From Synechococcus elongatus PCC 6301 (GTDB lineage Bacteria; Cyanobacteriota; Cyanobacteriia; Synechococcales; Synechococcaceae), in contig NC_006576.1 in assembly GCF_000010065.1 (NCBI RefSeq), positions 660,001-692,000 on the forward strand: a stretch of DNA of 32,000 nucleotides, in the 5' to 3' direction. The position numbers were made by a program, and so were the translations under genes. The number at the start of each line of letters is the position of its first letter. Position 1 is the stretch's first letter. The notes under the pieces are model-generated. The model was not told where the DNA came from and did not search any database. It was given only the letters and a program-made list of their open reading frames with translations. This document shows positions 26,813-32,000 of this stretch, piece after piece.

Positions 26813-28072
26813 TTACTGTGCAGGGGTGGAAGCGCTCAGCTGCGTCTGGAGAGTCGTCAGTTCAGGGCCCACAAAGCCCAACTGCCCCGAGATGCTTTGA
26901 CCTTGGGTCAGCGCCTGTTCCGCCGCCGGGCGATCGCCCTGACGGAGTTGGTATCGCCCCAGTCGCGCGTAGTTTTCCATCAAGCCATAGAGATCACCCT
27001 CATTGCGCGCTTGGGCTAGCAGCAGGTCATAGACCGCGATCGCATCAGCCGTTTGGTTCTGTTCTTGGTAAAGATCGCGCAGAGCTTCCAGTGCATCCCG
27101 TGCGATCGCCAACTGACCGAGAGGCAGTGCCTGCCGATAGACCGTCTGGTAGGTTTCCACTGCAAGCACCAACTGACGCGATCGCTGTTGATTCGCCGCG
27201 ATCGCCAGCAACCAAGCCGGTTGCAAGTCAGGCCGGATCAAAGCCAATTCCGCTTGCTGAATCGCGATCGCTTCGGCATAGCGTTGGATTTGCTCCAGAC
27301 TGAAAATTTGCTGCCGCACCGCCCATTCCCGCTGACTGTAGCTGGGTTCCTGACGGGGTCCAAGCCGCGCTTGCTGGACTTGAGAAGTCTGGCCAAGATC
27401 CAAGAGTGGGTTGTCGGTCAGAAGAGCAACTAGCGCACCGTAGGTTTCGGCAGCGGCGGCGTAGCGAAAGCTCTCAAACTCACAGGTCGCCAGAGCATCG
27501 AGCAAATCGCGGCGATCGCTAGGGGCTTGCGCCCGGGTCAGCAGTTGCCGATAGAGACGAATAGCATTGTCGAAGTCCCGCACCTCTCGGTAGGCGATCG
27601 CTAGATCCAATTGCTGCGCCGGACTGAGGTCTGGGGTTGTCGCCTCAATCTGCTGCAGGCGCTTGGCAATCGCTTGACCTTCATCGGAACGATTTTTAGT
27701 CCGCGCCTGCTGGCCAGTCAGCTTGAGCAGGGGCAGTTCTTCCTCGAGACCCAAGACTTGGCGCAAACGGATCGCCCGGAAGCGCAACTCAAAGGCCAAG
27801 TCATCCTGCTGGAGGTTGGCGGCCCCATCAGCCGCATCCAGGAGTTGGGCGATCGCCTCTCGAATCGCTCGTTTTTCTAAGGGTGTGTAACCCCGTGTCG
27901 GCAGTTTGGACGGCAGGAGCGGATCGTTCGGCCCTGTCGTCAGATCGAGTAAGACCGCGCGGGGAATTGGAGCCCCAGTGTCGGGATCGGTCGGGGTCTG
28001 AGCAATCCCGGGTGTTGCACCGAGTAGCCAGAGGGCGATCGTGCCGCCCATCATCCATCGCTGCCCACTCAT
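26813..28072 (-). CDS. Exported tetratricopeptide-repeat protein, function unknown
   Basis: Signal-like N terminus 'MSGQRWMMGGTIALWLLGATPGIAQ' (ATG 28072; ORF track starts at 28087), then repeated helical units such as 'DLAIAYREVRDFDNAIRLYRQLL', 'LVLAVETYQTVYRQALPLGQLAIARDALEALRDLYQEQNQTADAIAVYDLLL', 'ENYARLGRYQLRQGDRPAAEQALTQG'. Confidence 0.8.
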   Translation of the reverse strand: MSGQRWMMGGTIALWLLGATPGIAQTPTDPDTGAPIPRAVLLDLTTGPNDPLLPSKLPTRGYTPLEKRAIREAIAQLLDAADGAANLQQDDLAFELRFRAIRLRQVLGLEEELPLLKLTGQQARTKNRSDEGQAIAKRLQQIEATTPDLSPAQQLDLAIAYREVRDFDNAIRLYRQLLTRAQAPSDRRDLLDALATCEFESFRYAAAAETYGALVALLTDNPLLDLGQTSQVQQARLGPRQEPSYSQREWAVRQQIFSLEQIQRYAEAIAIQQAELALIRPDLQPAWLLAIAANQQRSRQLVLAVETYQTVYRQALPLGQLAIARDALEALRDLYQEQNQTADAIAVYDLLLAQARNEGDLYGLMENYARLGRYQLRQGDRPAAEQALTQGQSISGQLGFVGPELTTLQTQLSASTPAQ

Positions 28073-28226
28073 GCTCACGCTCCCCACTGGACTTTCTCTG
28101 CATCACTGTATCGGTGGCAGGGTCGCTGCCAACACCGTGCTGGAGATGGGCAGTCAGACAGGTACGATGAAAGCTGCACTGGACAGGCTTCTGGCCTAGC
28201 CACACCCACTTTCGCCTCAGACTAGC

Positions 28227-29528
28227 GTGAAAATTCTTGTTGTCGGTAACGGGGGCCGCGAGCATGCCCTCGTCTGGAAGCTAGCTCAATCGCCGACCGT
28301 TGAGGCGATTGTCTGTGTCCCCGGTAACGGCGGCACTGCCGGCGCAGCCAAGTGCCGGAACCATGCGCTCAATGCCTTGGATGGTGAGGCCTTGGCTGAC
28401 CTCTGTGCCCGCGAAGGTTTGGGTCTAGCCGTCATTGGACCGGAAGCACCACTGGCAGCGGGGGTCGCGGATTTCCTGCGCGATCGCGGCATCGCAGTCT
28501 TTGGGCCAAGCCAAGCCGGTGCGCAAATCGAAGCCAGCAAAGCTTGGGCGAAAGCCCTGATGGCTGAGGCAAATATTCCCACGGCGACAGCAGCAGTCTT
28601 TACCAATGCGGCGGCAGCCTTGGACTACGTGTGCCAGCAGGGTGCACCGATCGTGGTTAAAGCCGATGGCCTCGCGGCGGGTAAAGGTGTGGTTGTGGCC
28701 CAAACGCTGGCGGAAGCAGAAGCCGCGATCGTGGCCTCATTTGAGGGCGCCTTTGGAGCCGCCGGGCAGACGGTGGTGATTGAAGAATGTCTGACGGGGC
28801 CGGAAATTTCCGTGCTGGCCTTCACCGATGGCCAGACGATTCGCCCCCTGAAGGTGGCACAGGATCACAAGCGCATTGGGGAAGGTGATACGGGCCTGAA
28901 CACGGGTGGCATGGGGGCTTACGCACCCGCTCCCCTCGCAACGCCTGAGCTTTTGGCGCAAGTGCAGGCCCAGGTGCTCGAACCAGCACTGGCAACTCTG
29001 CGCGATCGCGGCATTGACTATCGCGGCATTCTCTATGCCGGTTTGATGTTGACCCCAGCAGGGCCGAAGGTCATTGAGTTCAACTGCCGCTTTGGTGACC
29101 CTGAAACTCAATCGGTGCTGCCGTTGCTGGCGACGCCGTTGGTGGATGTCCTGCTTGCTTGTGCCGAAGGTCGCTTGGCCGATTTGCCGGAGCTAGAATG
29201 GCACGATGCAGTCTCGGCCTGTGTGGTCCTGGCAGCAGGCGGCTATCCCGGAGACTATGCCAAAGGCGATCGCATTGACGGGCTAGCCGCTGCGGAAGCC
29301 GCAGGGGCCGTGGTTTTCCATGCCGGCACCAACGCCGTGGATGACGAAATTCAAACGGCAGGCGGGCGGGTGTTGAACGTCGTGGCAACGGCTGCTGACT
29401 TTGACGCTGCTTTTACCAAGGTCTATCAAGCCTTGGAGTCAATTCAGTTCCGCGATCGCTACTACCGGCGGGATGTTGGTTGGCAAGTGCGATCGAGCGG
29501 GGCGGCAGCGACAACCCACGAATCGTAA
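28227..29528 (+). CDS. purD: Phosphoribosylamine--glycine ligase
   Basis: 'MKILVVGNGGREHALVWKLAQSP', 'VVKADGLAAGKGVVVA', 'EECLTGPEISVLAFTDG', 'NTGGMGAYAPAPL', 'VIEFNCRFGDPETQ'. GTG start. Confidence 0.98.
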   Translation: MKILVVGNGGREHALVWKLAQSPTVEAIVCVPGNGGTAGAAKCRNHALNALDGEALADLCAREGLGLAVIGPEAPLAAGVADFLRDRGIAVFGPSQAGAQIEASKAWAKALMAEANIPTATAAVFTNAAAALDYVCQQGAPIVVKADGLAAGKGVVVAQTLAEAEAAIVASFEGAFGAAGQTVVIEECLTGPEISVLAFTDGQTIRPLKVAQDHKRIGEGDTGLNTGGMGAYAPAPLATPELLAQVQAQVLEPALATLRDRGIDYRGILYAGLMLTPAGPKVIEFNCRFGDPETQSVLPLLATPLVDVLLACAEGRLADLPELEWHDAVSACVVLAAGGYPGDYAKGDRIDGLAAAEAAGAVVFHAGTNAVDDEIQTAGGRVLNVVATAADFDAAFTKVYQALESIQFRDRYYRRDVGWQVRSSGAAATTHES

Positions 29529-29591
29529 GCGGTTTCGAGCGGCCAGATACGATAGGGTCAGTCCTGTTTGTTCGGCTTAGAGCAGCTGCCT

Positions 29592-31586
29592 ATGCTGGCC
29601 CTTTGGCAACAACTGCGCGATACGCTGACCCGCTGGTGGGCAGATTTCACCCTGCAAACCAAGCTGATGGCGATCGCCACTTTGGTCGTCTCGCTGATTA
29701 TGAGCGGGCTGACTTTTTGGGCCGTCAATAGCATTCAAGAAGATGCGCGGCTCAATGACACCCGCTTTGGGCGCGACTTGGGCCTGTTGCTAGCTGCCAA
29801 CGCCACACCCTTGATTGCCGACGAGGACATCGCTGGGCTAACCCGCTTTTCCTACCGTTTCTATCGCAGCACCAGCAGCGTCCGCTATCTGCTCTATGCC
29901 GATACGGAAGGTGAAATCTATCTCGGCATTCCTTTCTCACAATCAGAAGTCCGCAACTCCCTCACGATCCAGCGCCGCATTCAACTGCCCCCTGACTACC
30001 TGCGTCAGGGCGATCGCCCCTACGTGCGGCAGCATTTGACTCCGGCCGGTCTGGTTACGGATGTATTTGTGCCGCTGTTCCAAAACGATCGCTATTTGGG
30101 GGTGCTAGCGATCGGCACGAACCCGAGTCCAGCAGTGGTGGCTTCGTCGGGCTTGACCCGCGATGTGACGATCGCGGTGTTCATCACGATTTGGGTCATG
30201 GTGATCGTCGGGGCAGTCTTCAATGCCTTGATCATCACGCGCCCCATTCGCGAGTTGGTGGAGGGCGTCCGCAGCATTGCTTCTGGAAACTTTAAGCAGC
30301 GCATCGACCTGCCCCCCAGCGGTGAACTTGGGGAACTGATCGCCAGCTTCAATGACATGGCGGAACAGCTAGAGGGCTATGCCGCCCAGAACATCGATGA
30401 ATTAACTTCCGAAAAAGCCAAGCTGGAGACCTTGGTTTCGACAATCGCAGATGGGGCCTTGCTATTGGATGCAGACCTCAACTTAGTGCTGGTCAATCCA
30501 GCCGCAATTCGCATTTTTGGGTGGGAAGGGCGATCGCTCAAAGGTGATGACGTGATCGATCACTTACCGTCACCCCTTGCCCAAGAATTGCATGATCCAC
30601 TCAAGGCGATCGCGAATGGCGATCGCGAGGCAGTGGAGTTGCGGTTGACCTTGCCGGAACGCAGTAATCGCACCGTACGCATTTTGGTCAGTAATGTCTT
30701 GGATACAGCGCGGGCGAACGTGAAAGGCATTGCTGTCACGGTTCAAGACATCACCCGCGAAGTTGAACTGAATGAAGCCAAAAGTCAGTTCATTAGCAAT
30801 GTCTCCCACGAGCTGCGAACGCCGCTGTTCAACATCAAGTCCTTCATCGAAACGCTGCATGATTACGGTGACGACCTGAGCGAAGAGGAGCGGCGCGAGT
30901 TCCTGTCAACGGCAAATCATGAAACCGATCGCCTCACCCGTCTGGTCAACGACGTCCTCGATCCGTCGTGGCTGGAGTCGAATCGTCGCTACAACTTCGA
31001 AGGCATCGATCTGGTTCAACCGATCGAGCAGACCCTGCGCACCTATCAGCTCAACGCCCGCGAGAAAGGGATTGAACTGCGATCAGAGATTGCCCGCGAC
31101 CTGCCCGCCGTTCGCGCCAATTACGATCTGCTGCTCCAGGTTTTTGCCAACTTAGTCGGCAACGCCCTTAAGTTCACCGCTTCCGGCGGTTGCGTGGCAA
31201 TGCGTGCCTATTTGGTGGGTCAGCCACTGCGTACAGAGGCAGTGAATCATTCTGAAATTGTCAGCTCACTGCCGAATATACGGATTGAAATCAACGACAC
31301 TGGCATCGGCATTGATGCCGAAGATCAAGAGGCGATTTTCGATCGCTTTTTCCGGGTCGAAAACCGCGTCCACACCCTCGAAGGCACCGGCTTGGGGCTG
31401 TCGATTGTCCGTAATATTGTTGAGAAACATCAGAGCCGCATTCACTTAATTAGTGAAGTCGGAATTGGCACAACTTTCTGGTTTGACCTGCCGATTTATC
31501 AACCCGAGGAAGCGATCGCAGCACCCGCTAAGCCTGAGGCGATTACAGCAACGAATGGCACCGAAGTCAGCGTCAGCACCGGCTAG
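29592..31586 (+). CDS. nblS: Membrane sensor histidine kinase NblS (DspA/Hik33 family)
   Basis: Two TM segments, HAMP region after 'IITRPIRELVEGVRSIASGNFKQRI', PAS, HisKA 'FISNVSHELRTPLFNIKSFIETL', HATPase 'LLLQVFANLVGNALKFTASGG', 'GIGIDAEDQEAIFDRFFRVENRVHTLEGTGLGLSIV'; downstream of purD. ORF track starts at TTG 29568. Confidence 0.92.
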   Translation: MLALWQQLRDTLTRWWADFTLQTKLMAIATLVVSLIMSGLTFWAVNSIQEDARLNDTRFGRDLGLLLAANATPLIADEDIAGLTRFSYRFYRSTSSVRYLLYADTEGEIYLGIPFSQSEVRNSLTIQRRIQLPPDYLRQGDRPYVRQHLTPAGLVTDVFVPLFQNDRYLGVLAIGTNPSPAVVASSGLTRDVTIAVFITIWVMVIVGAVFNALIITRPIRELVEGVRSIASGNFKQRIDLPPSGELGELIASFNDMAEQLEGYAAQNIDELTSEKAKLETLVSTIADGALLLDADLNLVLVNPAAIRIFGWEGRSLKGDDVIDHLPSPLAQELHDPLKAIANGDREAVELRLTLPERSNRTVRILVSNVLDTARANVKGIAVTVQDITREVELNEAKSQFISNVSHELRTPLFNIKSFIETLHDYGDDLSEEERREFLSTANHETDRLTRLVNDVLDPSWLESNRRYNFEGIDLVQPIEQTLRTYQLNAREKGIELRSEIARDLPAVRANYDLLLQVFANLVGNALKFTASGGCVAMRAYLVGQPLRTEAVNHSEIVSSLPNIRIEINDTGIGIDAEDQEAIFDRFFRVENRVHTLEGTGLGLSIVRNIVEKHQSRIHLISEVGIGTTFWFDLPIYQPEEAIAAPAKPEAITATNGTEVSVSTG

Positions 31587-31637
31587 TCGACCCGCTTCAA
31601 CCAATAATGAGAGAGGCCATTCAGAGATTCAATTGGC

Positions 31638-32000
31638 ATGACTCAAGTACGGATCGGCATCATTGGGGGAAGCGGCCTCTACCGAATGGAAGCCCTCAAG
31701 GACGTGGAAGAAGTCCGGGTTGAGACTGCTTTTGGCGATCCATCCGACGCGCTGATCGTCGGCAACCTTGATGGCGTTCCGGTTGCGTTTCTGGCACGCC
31801 ACGGCCGCCACCATCAGCTCCTGCCCACCGAAGTGCCCTACCGCGCCAACATTTTGGCGATGAAGCAGCTGGGTGTGGAATACATTCTTTCGGCCTCAGC
31901 AGTGGGTTCCCTTCAGGCTGAGATCGCCCCACTCGATCTGGTCATTCCCGATCAATTTATCGATCGCACTTTTGCGCGGCCTTCGACCTTCTTTGGCAAC
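31638..32000 (+). CDS. mtnP: S-methyl-5'-thioadenosine phosphorylase (truncated by window end)
   Basis: '[93 protein letters not shown]...' open to the last base. Confidence 0.9.
   Translation, partial: MTQVRIGIIGGSGLYRMEALKDVEEVRVETAFGDPSDALIVGNLDGVPVAFLARHGRHHQLLPTEVPYRANILAMKQLGVEYILSASAVGSLQAEIAPLDLVIPDQFIDRTFARPSTFFGN

Noticed and set aside
1-32000. CRISPR arrays, IS elements, integrases, phage genes, toxin-antitoxin or restriction systems, biosynthetic clusters
   Set aside because: None found: no regularly spaced direct repeats, transposase-like proteins or defence-type domains in the ORF track or by eye. Frequent GCGATCGC is the dispersed HIP1 octamer, not an array.

Overview
The window looks like ordinary chromosome of a unicellular cyanobacterium, very like Synechococcus elongatus (PCC 7942/6301 type). 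This rests on protein content and gene order recalled from knowledge, plus frequent GCGATCGC (HIP1) octamers; no database was searched. It is densely packed with housekeeping genes. In order: nadC(-); a carbohydrate/osmolyte-type ABC importer (SBP, two permeases, ATPase, +); a Tat-exported FAD amine oxidase(-); an ArsS-like radical SAM protein(+); a possible small ORF, argD and folC (-); ftsH(+); an ABC-F ATPase(+); a small HTH protein(+); cysC(-); an ArsR-family repressor(-) divergent from persulfide dioxygenase, rhodanese-membrane and TauE/SafE genes (+); a TrpD2-like protein(-); narM(+); the envelope cluster bamA-lpxC-fabZ-lpxA-lpxB(-); purC(-); an exported TPR protein(-); purD-nblS(+); and a truncated mtnP(+). 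I found no CRISPR array, IS element, prophage, tRNA or rRNA. I also found no convincing evidence for a wholly new system. The best leads are the sulfur/persulfide locus with a putative operator in its divergent promoter, the small HTH gene with an inverted repeat just upstream of it, and the GC-poor lone arsS-like gene beside an exported amine oxidase. The possible small ORF coupled to argD-folC and the 424-nt intergenic gap before the HTH gene are weaker leads.
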